In this document: in pieces, positions 24,499 to 37,420 of the stretch
Layout: each line of letters starts with the position of its first letter
Position numbering within the stretch: position 1 is the stretch's first letter
Source of the DNA: Octopus vulgaris
Taxonomy: Eukaryota
DNA: 64,000 nucleotides
Reading direction: 5' to 3'
Assembly (NCBI GenBank): GCA_951406725.2
Contig: OX597821.1
Coordinates: 78,554,001 to 78,618,000, forward strand
Notes under the pieces: model-generated
Told to the model about the DNA's origin: nothing
The model's input: the letters and a program-made list of their open reading frames with translations, nothing else
Database searches by the model: none
Translations under genes and position numbers: made by a program

Positions 24499-26541
24499 TG
24501 TGCGTGCGCGTATATGTGTGGGGTAGATGGGGTAAGCGTGTATATGTACACATATACAACAGCAGTCACTCACCATGCTAATGCAACTGCAATTTTCAAT
24601 AGAAAATCTTTCTTACTCAGACGAACCAAACTCCAATAATTTACAATGTTTACCTCGATAGACAAAGCATGGCCATAAAATATGGTTAAGAATGTTCTCC
24701 GAAACATTTTCCCGTTAAAGCTGCACATCATAATCTTAATCAAACAGCGATAATACGCAAGGAATTATCAATTATTATACCTGAAGTACAACAGCGTGTG
24801 TCACCCAGTGGTCGTTCGATCAGCAAATACTTTTAGCTTTTAAATCCCACCTTAGGACATATAAACTTATGCTGTTGAAAATATGCTTTCAGCATTCTTT
24901 GGAGCTTAACAACTACAACTATCATTAAAGTTAGTCTTTAAAATGAATACAGTTTTGTCATAATCACATAATCTTTGCTTTACAATAACTGGAAGTTCTT
25001 TTCCAAACACGCTTAAATATAGAAATCCAAAAGATATCAGATCAAAATTCTTACAAGTTGCAGAATTGACCGTAATATCTGAGATGGTATACCTCAAATA
25101 CACAGAATATATAGAGATATCACTGGAAAATTTCTAATAGGTATACGAGTATTCTGCATAAACCCCACGTTGTTAAATATAGGCTTTCATAATACATGAG
25201 CAAAGCACAATAGTTAATGCGCTTGTGCTGACTATGCTTTATTAAAGAGATTTGATAATACAGAAACATACCTGATTACATGTTTTAATGTATTATTTCG
25301 GAGATTCCTCTCTTATCTGTATCGCTAAGAAATTGATATTAACGCTAAAGGTTTTTTTGTACTAATTACGAGTGCAGTTTCAGTCTTGAAATAACATTTG
25401 TAGACGCTACGTTGTGTATGTTGATATCTATGAGAGAGCCTAACCTCTTAGCAGTTTCTGAAACTATTAGAAATTACCTCCAATATTTATATTATCATAT
25501 TTCACCCTTTTAGATGAACACATTATACAAATGTGGTCTCCATTGAACACTGTCCCAAGGAAGATAATAACGGCTACAATTTCTTTGATAAAATAGCTAC
25601 TCAACGACTCCTCAACCAAGACTCATGGAAATCTATGGATACACAAGAACACTAGACTGCTAAGCCTTCAAGCTCTGTATCTTCTGTTACACTGACACCC
25701 CTCCTAATATTCAGGTTGTACCCCCATCTAATCTATCCTTTGTACGTTATTTCAGAAAACCTTTTAGAATTTTAATTCTGCAATTTCTGTTTCCTCTATA
25801 TTTAACTAGTAATACGATTAAAGTTTGCAGGATAGATCGATATGGATAAAAACATCGAAGCTAAATTATGTGATCTCGGCCATATCCGAACGCACAATGC
25901 AGGATTACAATAAATGCTCTACAGATGTTTGTTCGCTAATTAACATGAGAATTTGTGGCATCCATGCCTTTCTCGGGGGGGGGGGGTGATTATCAATATT
26001 TTATTCGAACGAAAATATAAAACATGTCATGGCCTTCCCCAATCAATTCTCAACCTCTTGTGTGTTATCGATGTCATTGATCATAATTTGTCTAGAGCAA
26101 AATTAAAAATTAAACAAATTGAAAACCATCAATACAACACAAGGTTAAAGTATAGCTCTTTTGTTCACCGAGCGCATAAATGTATGTAACCTGTGTCAAG
26201 TAGTTTAATTGCGTAGGTCGGCGGATAGAAGTGGAAACAGACTGGAAAAGGAAACTTATCTTAAAACTGATATCAAAGCATTCTGGAGAGAAAAAATACA
26301 GCAGCATACGACCGCAAGTTTAAGAACGTGTTGAAGAAAGCTGAAATAGTCTGACGACAGTATCTAGAGTTAGAGGGGAAGTAAGTTCGAGTTGCTCACC
26401 TATCTTTAAAACGTTGGAAAACATCTGACGATATTGTGTTTTAATCCGTCGTCTGATTTCCTGAATCGTCAGAATTAAAAGATAGAAAAACTAATCTTGT
26501 TTATCGAAACTGGAAAACGCAGAAGATATTGTTTCCTGTAG

Positions 26542-26579
26542 GACACTTCTGGTTGATCAAATTTCAAGAAATCTTAAAG
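26542..26579 (+). other. Possible 5' UTR exon of the PAN-domain gene
   Basis: Consensus donor AAG|GTAAGT at 26579/26580 and acceptor-like ttgtttcctgtag before 26542, in non-repetitive sequence. The first coding exon begins with an acceptor, so an upstream exon is expected. Confidence 0.3.
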
Positions 26580-26999
26580 GTAAGTGAATTCATTTTATTA
26601 GTAATTAAATGAGTGATAGTAACCGCAATAGTTTCTATAAATCTGTGTTGAAAAATACTGTAAGTGATATGTACTTTCATTACGTTTGATTTTATTATTC
26701 TCATATCCCATATCCATAGATCGCGGAAGGAAGGATGGTGGGTTCGAAGAAGTCATGGTTCCATTTATAAAGTATATTTAATATTCAGTTACGTACATTT
26801 AAATTCTGGTTTCAAATCCTATAGTGGAAAGTTTTGCTTTTCTTTTTGTCTCTCTCCTGCCTCGTTTCAGTTTATGTTAGAAATCATTATTATTTAGGAA
26901 AAGGTTTACTAGATGAGGCAATCACTTAGTATCTCAAACTAAATGCTAATATTTAGTCTGTATTCGACTTTACCTTTCATATTAAACGAGATTATAATA

Positions 27000-27587
27000 A
27001 AAGCGTGGCAGTGTGTTAAGACGTTTGCTTCCCAACCACATGATTTCGGGTTCAGTCCCACTGCGTGGCACCCTGCACAAGTGCCTTCGGTTATAGCCTC
27101 GGGTGGAACAAAGCTACGTGAGTGGATTAGGTTGACGGAACTGTTAGAAGCCCGCCAATTGTAGGTATATATACTCTTTTACTCTTTTACTTGTTTCAGT
27201 CATTTGACTGCGGCCATGCTGGAGCACCGCCTTTAGTCGAGCAAATCGACCCCGGGACTTATTCTTTGTAAGCCCAGTACTTATTCTATCGGTCTCTTTT
27301 GCCGAATCGCTAAGTGACGGGGATGTAAACACACCAGCATCGGTTGTCAAGCAATGCTAGGGGAACAAACACAGACACACAAACACATACACACACATAT
27401 ATATATATATACATATATACGACAGGCTTCTTTCAGTTTCCGTCTACCAAATCCACTCACAAGGCATTGGTCGGTCTGGGGCTATAGCAGAAGACACTTG
27501 CCCAAGATGCCATGCAATGGGACTGAACCCGGAACGATGTGGTTGCTTAGCAAGCCACTTACCACACAGCCACTCCTGCGCCTGTAA

Positions 27588-27671
<84 letters not shown>

Positions 27672-27870
27672 TATCTCTTTGTGTCTGTGTTGGTACCCAC
27701 CACCGCTTGACAACTGGTATGGGTGTGTTTACGTCACGCTAAGCTAGTGACTCAGCAAAAGAGACGGATAGACTAAATACTATATTTTTAAAAGTTTTTC
27801 GGCCGTTTTATTCGACTAAAACTCTCAAAGGCGCTGCTACGGAATGGTCTCAGTCAAATGACTGAAAAAA
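27000..27870 (+). mobile_element. Older tRNA-derived SINE interrupted by a younger inverted copy of the same family
   Basis: Head at 27000-27165 (gggttcagtcccactgcgtggcacc) and tail at 27665-27870 (cagtcaaatgactgaaa). Confidence 0.75.
27172..27583 (-). mobile_element. tRNA-derived SINE, full length
   Basis: Head ggcgcaggagtggctgtgtggtaag..gggttcagtccc, tail (gtaaaaga)n; near-identical to 53956-54332. Confidence 0.88.
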
Positions 27871-27921
27871 GGGAAAATATATCCTCAAGCAATATACAGT
27901 AAGTCTACCCAATCAATTATA

Positions 27922-28321
27922 TTCCTTTCTGCTCTAGACACACGGCCCGAAATTTTTGGGGATTGGGGGCCAGTCGATGAGATCGATCCTAGTACGCAAC
28001 TGGTACTTAATTTATCGACCCCGAAAGAATGAAAGGCAAAGTCGACCTCGGTGGAATTTGAACTCAGAACGTAATGACAGACGAAATACCTATTTATTTA
28101 CTACCCACAAGGGGATAAACACAAAGGGGACAAACAAGGATAGACAAACGGATTAAGTCGATTATATCGACCCCAGTGCGTAACTGGTATTTATTTAATC
28201 GATCCCGAAAGGTTGACAGGTAAAGTCGACCTAGGCGGAATTTAAACACAGAACTTAGTGGCAGACGAAATAGCGCTAAACATTTCGCCCGGTGTGCTAA
28301 CGATTCTGCCAGCTCGCCGCC
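27922..28321 (-). mobile_element. SINE with Meta-domain-like core (composite copy)
   Basis: Reverse complement of ggcggcgagctggcagaatcgttagc..gtcgactttgcctttcat..cggggtcgataaattaagtaccag. Confidence 0.85.
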
Positions 28322-28334
28322 TTCCCAACCAACT

Positions 28335-28960
28335 ATATTGTGTCATCCGTTAGATAACGCGTTTTGTTTGACTTCTTTTATTTTTCAAAATTAAGATAAA
28401 CAATGTTTTTCGTTTATTTTATTTAAAATATACTCTCCTTCATTTTCTACAATGCTCTCCCAGTTGTCTTGTAGAGTTGCAAGTCATCTCTTCCAAGATT
28501 CCCTTGTCCGTGACGAAAAATACTCCTCCAGTACTGTTCTGACCTCGTCTACAGAAATCATCGAAATGATTTTGAAGACTGGAATAAATGATAATCAGAG
28601 GGGGCATTATTCGAGGAATATGGCGTGTGGGGTATCGTTTCCCATTCTAACTGTTCCAGCCCTTAGAATGTCATCCTCGTATATGGTCGAGATTTATCCT
28701 GATGGAAGGAGACCTTTCGTCTCGAAACCAAAGATGGTCGTTTTTCTTCTAGCACTGACTTAAGACACTCAAGCTCCTTGCAGTAGATCTCATTTGTTAT
28801 CGTTTGGTTTGGGTTTAAAAGTTCAAAGTGAACTCAATCTCTCACCAAATCGATGACAACACCTTACGTGGGTGAAGACCTTGAGCCTGGGATGCCGATG
28901 TTTCTCCTTTCCCAACCCGCTGTCTTCGGTTCTTGACATTTTTGTCGGGAACCCATTCAT
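28335..28960 (-). mobile_element. Degenerate mariner transposase 3' fragment
   Basis: Decayed HPPYS..APSDYHLF region and GEYI end; similar to 63485-64000. Confidence 0.7.
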
Positions 28961-29445
28961 TACCGTTATAAATACTTATAAAATTTATTATATCAGACCA
29001 AATTTTCACTTATCATTTATGCTTAAAACCATATTTATCGTAGATATTTTTTCGGTACCTGGTTATTTTTTCTGTATGTGTATACTGTATAAATCCATAT
29101 AATATTTTATTATCACTTAATTATCCAACAATTTATTAATTAATTCTACAAAAGTATCTCTCTATTCATTTGAATATCTATTAACCGATATATTTAATAG
29201 TTATTTAGTGTTACTCTTAATTTATATTTTTTTAAACCATATTGAGCGAAGGGAAGTAATTCATGATTATTTATCTACGATAAATAAATCATACAAAACC
29301 ACTATTTATTAGGTGGACTAATTAGTTAGTTAACTAAACAAACAAATATTTAATCCAAACTTATATAGATTTTATATATACATCACATACCGTAAACGTA
29401 TATATGTTGAAGTATACACGCACATATACATAAATAGACACATGC

Positions 29446-29491
<46 letters not shown>

Positions 29492-29609
29492 ATATATATA
29501 TACTTTTTAAATTTTTTTACGGGAAATGTATTGAATATTCAAATAAAGCTTCTATGTTGCCCACAGTTTAATGGGTTGCATCGACAGGTGTCGATATAAT
29601 GTAGGATAA

Positions 29610-29645
<36 letters not shown>

Positions 29646-29647
<2 letters not shown>

Positions 29648-30200
29648 GCCCTGATGCAGTACCAGCAGTGGCTCTCATGGCTTCTGATCTTAACTGATTG
29701 GAAGTGTTATCATGCATATTGTTTTGTCTTGGTATAAAAGATGGGCTACAGCAAATATTCTGCTCTATACCACAGATTTGCTTGTCAGTTGTTTGACCTT
29801 AACCAGTTGACCATGTCCCTTAGTGGCTGACGTTATGTGCATCTCTGATCACGAGCAGAAGTAGTGGGGGAGCATCATAGCCATGTGTTGAGAGGAATTC
29901 TTTGGGGTTTGAATAATTCACCTCTGGAAACATGGGTGGTTCTTTCAACATCCTTAAACAACCCTTATTCAGGGACCTTTTGAGCGGGATGGGCTACTCA
30001 ACCTGAAGAAAATTCTAACGGGGTTCCACCTGCAAGGTCATGTGCTGTTTATCTTGATATGAGATCACCATGTCGCGCACATATGATTGTGATGCATGTG
30101 CCTGGTGTACCCTTATCAGACGGGTAGTCATGATGGGTATATTGGGCTTCGTATATTTTACCCCAGTGTCACTTTGATGGCATGAACTGCTCTCTCACTC
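29646..30200 (+). mobile_element. ~555-bp non-coding element inserted in (TAA)n, copy 1
   Basis: Flanked by (TAA)n on both sides; four related copies within 6 kb. Confidence 0.85.
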
Positions 30201-30244
<44 letters not shown>

Positions 30245-30603
30245 TAACACTTGGGTGGAATTTATAAATATCTTAATCCCTTGCTACGCATGTTTCCACA
30301 AACCACATGTCTCCTAAGATCATAGTCTGTATTCCCGGAATGATTACAATGCAGACCGTAGTATCCGTGAGTATCGCGTTGATCATCTTCATTGATTCAT
30401 TTCTTCGTACGATATCACAGTAATGGCTGTACAACAGAGGGTATTTATTCTTTTTTACTTGTGTGAAGTTTAAGCAACTGCACTATAACCATTCTAGGAA
30501 TACGAACTGTGATCTTCAGAGACGTGTGCTTGGTGGAATCGCGCATAGTGATGCATTAAATGCTTATAAATTCTATCCAATGGTTATTTTATTATTATTA
30601 TTA

Positions 30604-31148
30604 AGTGAGAGAGCAGTGCATGCTATCAAAGTGACACTGGGGTAAAATATACGAAGTCCAGTATACTCATCATGACTACCCGTCTGATAAGGGTACACCA
30701 GGCATATGCATCACAACCATATGTGCGCGACATGGTGATCTCGTATCAAGATAAACAGCACATGACCTTGCAGGTCGGGCCCAGTTAGAATTTTCCTCTG
30801 GTCGAGTAACCCATCACGCTCAAAAGGTCCCTGAATAAGGATTGTTTAAGGATGTTGAACGAACAACCCATGTTTTCAAAGATGAATTATCCAAACCTCT
30901 AAGAATTCCTTTCAACACACGGCTATGATGTTCCCCCAGTACTTCTGCTCATGATCAGAGATGCACATATCGTTAGCTACTAAGGGACATGGTCAATTGG
31001 CTAAGGTCCAACAACGGACAGGCAAATCTGTGGTATTGAGCAGAATATTTGCTGTAGCCCATCTTTTATATCGAGACAAAACAGTGTACGTGATAACACT
31101 GCCAGTCAGAAGCCATGAGAGCCACTGCCTGGTGCTACATCAGGGCAT
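30604..31148 (-). mobile_element. ~555-bp (TAA)n-associated element, copy 2
   Basis: Reverse complement of copy 1 with the same termini; more diverged. Confidence 0.85.
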
Positions 31149-31189
31149 TTCTTCTTCTTCTTCTTCTTCTTCTTCTTCTTCTTCTTCTT

Positions 31190-31275
<86 letters not shown>

Positions 31276-31303
31276 CATTATTATAATTATCATTATTATT
31301 ATA

Positions 31304-31335
<32 letters not shown>

Positions 31336-31720
31336 GGCGGTGAGCTAGCAGAATCATTAGCGCGCTATTTCTCCCGTCGCTACATTCTGAGTTCAAATTC
31401 TTTGTCTTTCTTCGTTTCGGGGTCGAAAAATTAAGTACCCGTTGAGTACTGGGGTCGATATAATCAAACACCCCCTCCCACAAATATCGGGCCTTATGGC
31501 TGTGGTAGAAAGGATTATTGTTATTATTAAGACGGCGAGCTGGCAGAATCGTTAGCATTCCGGGCGAAATGCTTAGCGATAATTCGCTCGCTGCTACGTT
31601 CTAATTTCAAATTCCACGACGATTTAGTTTGCCTTTCATCCGTTTGAGATCAATAAATTAAGTGCCAGTGAAACACTGGAGCCATATAGTCTATACATCC
31701 CCTCACCCAAAATGGCAGCC
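31336..31720 (+). mobile_element. Two Meta-core SINE copies
   Basis: ggcggtgagctagcagaatc and acggcgagctggcagaatcgttagc heads. Confidence 0.75.
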
Positions 31721-31753
31721 CTTTATTATTATTATTACTATTATTATTATTAC

Positions 31754-31819
<66 letters not shown>

Positions 31820-31823
<4 letters not shown>

Positions 31824-32025
31824 TAGTTTTATTTTTATAGCGTGCTTTCACTTCACTACCGAGCGCAGCTCTGTGTGCCTTGGGTATGTGCTGTGATTTA
31901 TTGTGATGCTCTGATGGTTATTGTATGGAAAGTGTTCTGCGTAGGATGTGTGCAGTACCTAGTAGTGCAATTTTCTGTATGTTATATGTGTTTGTAAGTC
32001 CTGGTATTTTTGTTATGTATTTGTC

Positions 32026-32080
<55 letters not shown>

Positions 32081-33255
32081 ATTATTAGTATTATTATTAT
32101 TTTTATTATTATCATTTTTATTATTCAGTAGCTTTATTTTTATAGCGTGCTTTCACTTCACTACTGAGCACAGCTTAGTGTGCCTTGGGTATGTGCTGTA
32201 ATTTATTGTGATGTTCTGATGGTTATTGTATGGAAAGTGTTCTGCGTAGGATGTGTGCAGTGCCTAGTAGTGCAATTTTCAGTATGTTATATGTGTTTGT
32301 AAGTCCTGGTGTTTTTGTTATGTATTTGTCTGAATATTTTTTATCATACCTAATGCGCCTACTATGAAGGGGACTGTTTCTGTTTTTAGATTCCACATTC
32401 TAGTTACCTCTATTTCCGGGTCTTTGTATTATGAAAGTTTCTCCATTTCTTTTAGAGACACGTTGTCATCTACTTGTATTGATACATCAATTAGAAAGCA
32501 TTTTTTTCTTTATGATCTCTGACAACTGTATCTGGTCTCTTAGCCTTAATTTCTCTATCTGTTTGTATTGGCATATCCCAGAGTATGGTTGCTTTCTCGT
32601 TTTCCGTGACCTTTTCTGGTGTATGCCTATACCATTTTTTTTCTGTTGTTATTCCATAATGTTGGCATAGCTTCCAGTGTATGTAGGTCCGAACTCTGTC
32701 GTGTCTGTGAATATATTCCTTTTGAGCCAGGACTGGGCAGCCAGAGATAATATGATTTATTGTTTCTTGTCCATATCCACGTATTCTGCAGTTACTTGGT
32801 ATGTTTTCTTTTCATTATATATTTTTGGTAATTTCTGGTGGTGAGGCTTTGGTCTTGTGCTGCAATTACAAATCCCTCCGTCTCTGCTTTGAGACCTGAG
32901 ATTCTCAACCATTGCTGGGATTTTTCTTTGTCTATTTCTTTTGCATTTAGCTTAGTCCAGTATTCGCCATGAAGGGGCTTTTCTTGGCATCGTTTTATCA
33001 TGGTTCGTTGCTGTTCTAGTTTTATTTTGGATTTCATTTGTTTTATAGCTTTTGTTGTTTCTTCTTCTTCTTCTTCTTCTTCTTCTTCTTCTTCTTCTTC
33101 TTCTTCTTCTTCTTCTTCTTCTTCTTCTTCTTCTCTTCCTCCTCCTTCTTCTCTTCCTCCCCCTCCTTCTTCTTCTTCGTCAGCTTCTTTAAATACTTAG
33201 AACAGTTTACTGTTTTACTCGTGCTTTGTGCTATTTGTATCAGTTTTCCTTGCTT
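31820..33255 (-). mobile_element. R4/Dong-clade LINE 3' fragments (subfamily A) in (TAA)n
   Basis: WLRISGLKAETEGFVIAAQDQ and IQKIALLGTAHILRRTLS; two copies of the same 3' UTR (about 31820 and 32125) with TAA tails; a (GAA)n tract lies within the coding part. Confidence 0.85.
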
Positions 33256-33267
33256 TATTATTATTGC

Positions 33268-33329
<62 letters not shown>

Positions 33330-33424
33330 GTAGTAGTAGTATTTTTATTACTTTATCATTATATATTTTATTATTATTAGTAGTATTTTTATCATCATCA
33401 TTGTCATCATCATCATCAACATCA

Positions 33425-33477
<53 letters not shown>

Positions 33478-33992
33478 GAGTGAGCGAGCAGAGCATGCCA
33501 TCAAAGTGACACTGGGGTAAAATATACGAAGCCCAGTATACCCATCATGACTACCCGTCTGATAAGGGTACACCAGGCACATGCATCACAACCATATGTG
33601 CGCGACATGGTGATCTCATATCAAGATAAACAGCACATGATCTTGCAGGTGGAGCCCAGTTAGAATTTTCTTCAGATCGAGTAACCCATCCCGCTCAAAA
33701 GGTCCCTGAATAAGGGTTGTTTAAGGACGTTGAACGAAACACCCATGTTTCCAGAGGTGAATTATTCAAACCCCAAAGAATCCTTCTCAACACATGGCTA
33801 TGATGCTCCCCCACTACTTCTGCTCGTGATCAGAGATGCACATATCGTCAGCCACTAAGGGACATGCTCAACTGGTTAAGGTCAAACAACTGACAAGCAA
33901 ATCTGTGGTATTGAGCAGAATATTTGCTGTAGCCCATCTTTTATACCAAGACAAAACAATGTACATGATAACACTTCCAATCAGTTAAGATC
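33478..33992 (-). mobile_element. ~555-bp (TAA)n-associated element, copy 3 (5'-truncated)
   Basis: Lacks about 45 nt at the ATGCCCTGATG end; flanked by (TTA)n. Confidence 0.85.
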
Positions 33993-34065
<73 letters not shown>

Positions 34066-34069
34066 CATT

Positions 34070-34780
34070 ATTCTTTCTTCAAATTTTTTTCCGTTTCTCG
34101 CCGAGTGTTTTCCGTACACCTTGGGTAGAGAATCTTATTGTAGCATTCCCAGGTTACACGCGCAAATTCACAGGTATAATATGTATTAAAAAATTAATAA
34201 ATAAATAAATTCAGGATTGGATGTTGTTTTCAAAGCGATAATGCTCTTCTCATTACATGAGCCGTTCCAGTTAATACCATTTTTTGCACTTCCTGTAGGG
34301 ATGGTAAGCCTGGTATCATTTTCAAATAGGTTTCAGTACCTCTTTTTTTTGTCATTGCTAGAGATCCTATAATCACTGGTACTGTAGTCGCCTTGAGATG
34401 ACACATTTTTTCAATTTCTATTAGCAAGTCTTTATATTTAGTAATCTTGTCAAATTCTTTCGCCGCTATATTGTGATCGCAAGGAATACTCATGTCAATT
34501 AATAAACACATCTTTTTTGTCTGTTCTTTTATAATAATATCCGGTTTATTAGCTTTTATTGTTTTGTCGGCATGTACGGGAAAGTCCCATAGAATCGACA
34601 CATTTTCTCCCTCAGTCAAAACTTCAGGATGGTGTTTATACCATTTGTCAGCGGTTTTGATTTTATAATGCCGACATATTGTCCAGTGTAAATAATAGCC
34701 GACTCTGTCATGTCTTGCTTTATATTCTACAGGTGCTAAGACTCTACACCCTGAGATTAGGTGGTCTATAGTTTCAATCT
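34070..34780 (-). mobile_element. R4/Dong-clade LINE 3' fragment (subfamily B) with restriction-like endonuclease
   Basis: ETIDHLISGC..RHD..KPDIII..LIDMSIP..KYKDL, i.e. end of the CCHC motif plus PD-(D/E)XK. Confidence 0.88.
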
Positions 34781-34808
34781 TATTATTATTATTATTATTA
34801 TTATTATT

Positions 34809-35361
34809 GAGTGAGCGAGCAGAGCATGCCATCAAAGTGACACTGGGGTAAAATATACGAAGCCCAGTATACCCATCATGACTACCCGTCTGATAAGGGT
34901 ACACCAGGCACATGCATCACAACCATATGTGCGCGACATGGTGATCTCATATCAAGATAAACAGCACATGACCTTGCAGGTGGAGCCCAGTTAGAATTTT
35001 CTTCAGATCGAGTAACCCATCCCGCTCAAAAGGTTCCTGAATAAGGGTTGTTTAAGGACGTTGAACGAAACACCCATGTTTCCAGAGGTGAATTATTCAA
35101 ACCCCAAGGAATCCTTCTCAACACATGGCTATGATGCTCCCCCACTACTTCTGCTCGTGATCAGAGATGCACATATCGTCAGCCACTAAGGGACATGCTC
35201 AACTGGTTAAGGTCAAACAACTGACAAGCAAATCTGTGGTATAGAGCAGAATATTTGCTGTAGCCCATCTTTTATACCAAGACAAAACAATATGCATGAT
35301 AACACTTCCAATCAGTTAAGATCAGAAGCCATGAGAGCCACTGCCTGGTACTGCATCAGGG

Positions 35362-35364
<3 letters not shown>
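34809..35364 (-). mobile_element. ~555-bp (TAA)n-associated element, copy 4
   Basis: Nearly identical to copy 3 but full length. Confidence 0.85.
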
Positions 35365-35454
<90 letters not shown>

Positions 35455-35812
35455 CATTATTCCTTCAAACTATCTTCCGTTTCTCGCCGAGTGTTTTCCG
35501 TACACCTTGGGCAGAGAATCTTATTGTATGCATTCCCAGATTACACACGAAATTTACAGGTAAAATATGTATTTAATAAATAAATAAATTCATGAATGGA
35601 TGTTGTTTTCACAGCGATAATGCTCTTCTCAGTACATGAGCCGTTCCAGTTAACACGATTTTTTGCACTTCCTATAGAGATGGTATCATTTTCAAATAGG
35701 TTTCAGTACCTTTTTTTATCATTCCTAGAGATCCTACAATCACTGGTACTGTAGCCGCCTTGAGATGACACATTTTTCAATTTCTATTAGCAAGTCTTTA
35801 TATTTACTGATC

Positions 35813-35815
<3 letters not shown>
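35455..35815 (-). mobile_element. R4/Dong subfamily B short 3' fragment
   Basis: Same 3' UTR as 34070-34230, between (TTA)n tracts. Confidence 0.8.
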
Positions 35816-35877
<62 letters not shown>

Positions 35878-35898
35878 ATATCCGTATATTTTTCAGGA

Positions 35899-36223
35899 AT
35901 GGCAACGTCAACTGATTATCATTTGTTTCTCAAATTGATGCTAGCTTTTTTTCTATTTGTCGGCGCTCCCATAATTTGCAAAGCAACATTTAAAGAGAGT
36001 AATTTCAAAAGAATTACTAAATCAAAATGCTTAAAAGGCGAATATAATATAACTGAAAACGTGGCATCTCGTATACAGTGTGCAATTCTGTGTTTATCAC
36101 AGTATGATTGCGGCTATTTCACCTATTATAATGGCACATGTCACATGTATCGTACGTTTTATAAGAATGAACTTGAAGATTATGATTGCGACTGCTCCTC
36201 ATATATGTTGCTTGATGAAACGG
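35899..36223 (+). CDS. Host gene coding exon 1: signal peptide + PAN/apple-like domain
   Basis: Acceptor tttttcag|GA ATG; hydrophobic LFLKLMLAFFLFVGAPIICKA; SRIQCAILCLSQYDCGYFTYYNGTCHMY Cys spacing; donor G|GTAGGT (phase 1). Confidence 0.85.
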
Positions 36224-36386
36224 GTAGGTAAATCCGATTATTCTTTATTTTTATCCTTGTTGCACAATATTTCCATCATTAACACTATTTAATGGGTATG
36301 TATGTATGTATGTATGTATGTATGTATGTATGTATGTATATATATATATATATATATATAATTATAATAATAATAATAATAATAAC

Positions 36387-37410
36387 TAACGTTACCCTTG
36401 ACCAGCAGAATGTCATAAAAGGGTTAGACCCAGCGGAGAGCTACAAGTACCTAGGGTTTATTGAAGTGGACGGAATAAGGCATTCAGTGATGAAGGAATG
36501 GATCAGGAGAGAATGTTATCGCATGCGAGAAACAAGATCGAAGTGATCAATGCTTTAGCCATACCAGTCGTGACTTACAGTTTCAATATCGTTAGCTGGT
36601 CAATTACTGAAATATGTAATCTTGACACAAAAATACGACAACCGTTGACAATGCATAGAATGCACCACCCTAAGGCAGATGTAGAACGACTTTATCTGCC
36701 AAGAAAAGACAGAGGCCGTGGACTTTTGCAACTGGCAATAACAATGAAGATTGCCACAATTGGCCTAGATACCTACCTGAAAAACTCTGAGGACTGGATG
36801 TTAAAACTTGTTTCAAAACATGAAAACAAGAAAACATCATACTCAGTAACAAAACAGGCAAAGGAATATCTAAGTGAATTCCGAATACAACAAATTTCGG
36901 TATTACACACATACGAAACAAGCGCAGAAAAAGCTAAGCACACGAAAACCCGTGCTAAAACTGCTGCCTTAGATATTCTGATTGATAAATTGAAAGAAAA
37001 ACCTCTTAATGGCAAATACCTAAAGAGAGCGAATAATGCCGATGTTGACAAAGCCCTGACTCATCAATGGCTAATGGCCTCTGGTTTAAAATCTGAAACA
37101 GAAGGGTTTATCATAGCTGCTCAAGATCAATGCCTACCTACAAGGAACTACCAGGCCAACATATTAAAGAACAGCAGTAGCCCAACATGTGTGTATGTCA
37201 ACAACAAAATGAAACCATTGATCATGTTGTCTCCAAGTGCAGTCTTCTTGCGCCAACAGAATGTCTCAACAGGCATGATAGAGCTGCACAATACATTCAC
37301 TGGGTAATTTGCAAAAGCCTGCACTCGCCCCATGATAAAATCTTGTGGGAACACAAACCACCTCCAGTGCTTGAAAATGATCACGTCTCACTCCTCTGGA
37401 ACTTCACCAT
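36387..37410 (+). mobile_element. R4/Dong-clade LINE internal fragment (intronic)
   Basis: YKYLG, HPKADVERLYLPR..GRGL, LKSETEGFIIAAQDQ, C..C..ETIDHVVSKC..RHD. Confidence 0.88.
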
Positions 37411-37420
37411 TCACCATTTT

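Noticed and set aside
29960-30040. HDV-like ribozyme in the 555-bp element
   Set aside because: I could not build a consistent P1/P2/P3/P1.1 pseudoknot by eye.
33043-33582. ORFs with poly-N/I/K tracts
   Set aside because: Chance read-through of trinucleotide microsatellites and repeat fragments.
36224-36231. Single-exon 110-aa gene, or alternative donor AG|GTAAAT at 36228
   Set aside because: Only the phase-1 donor at 36224 joins exon 2 in frame, and the downstream exons give a coherent protein.
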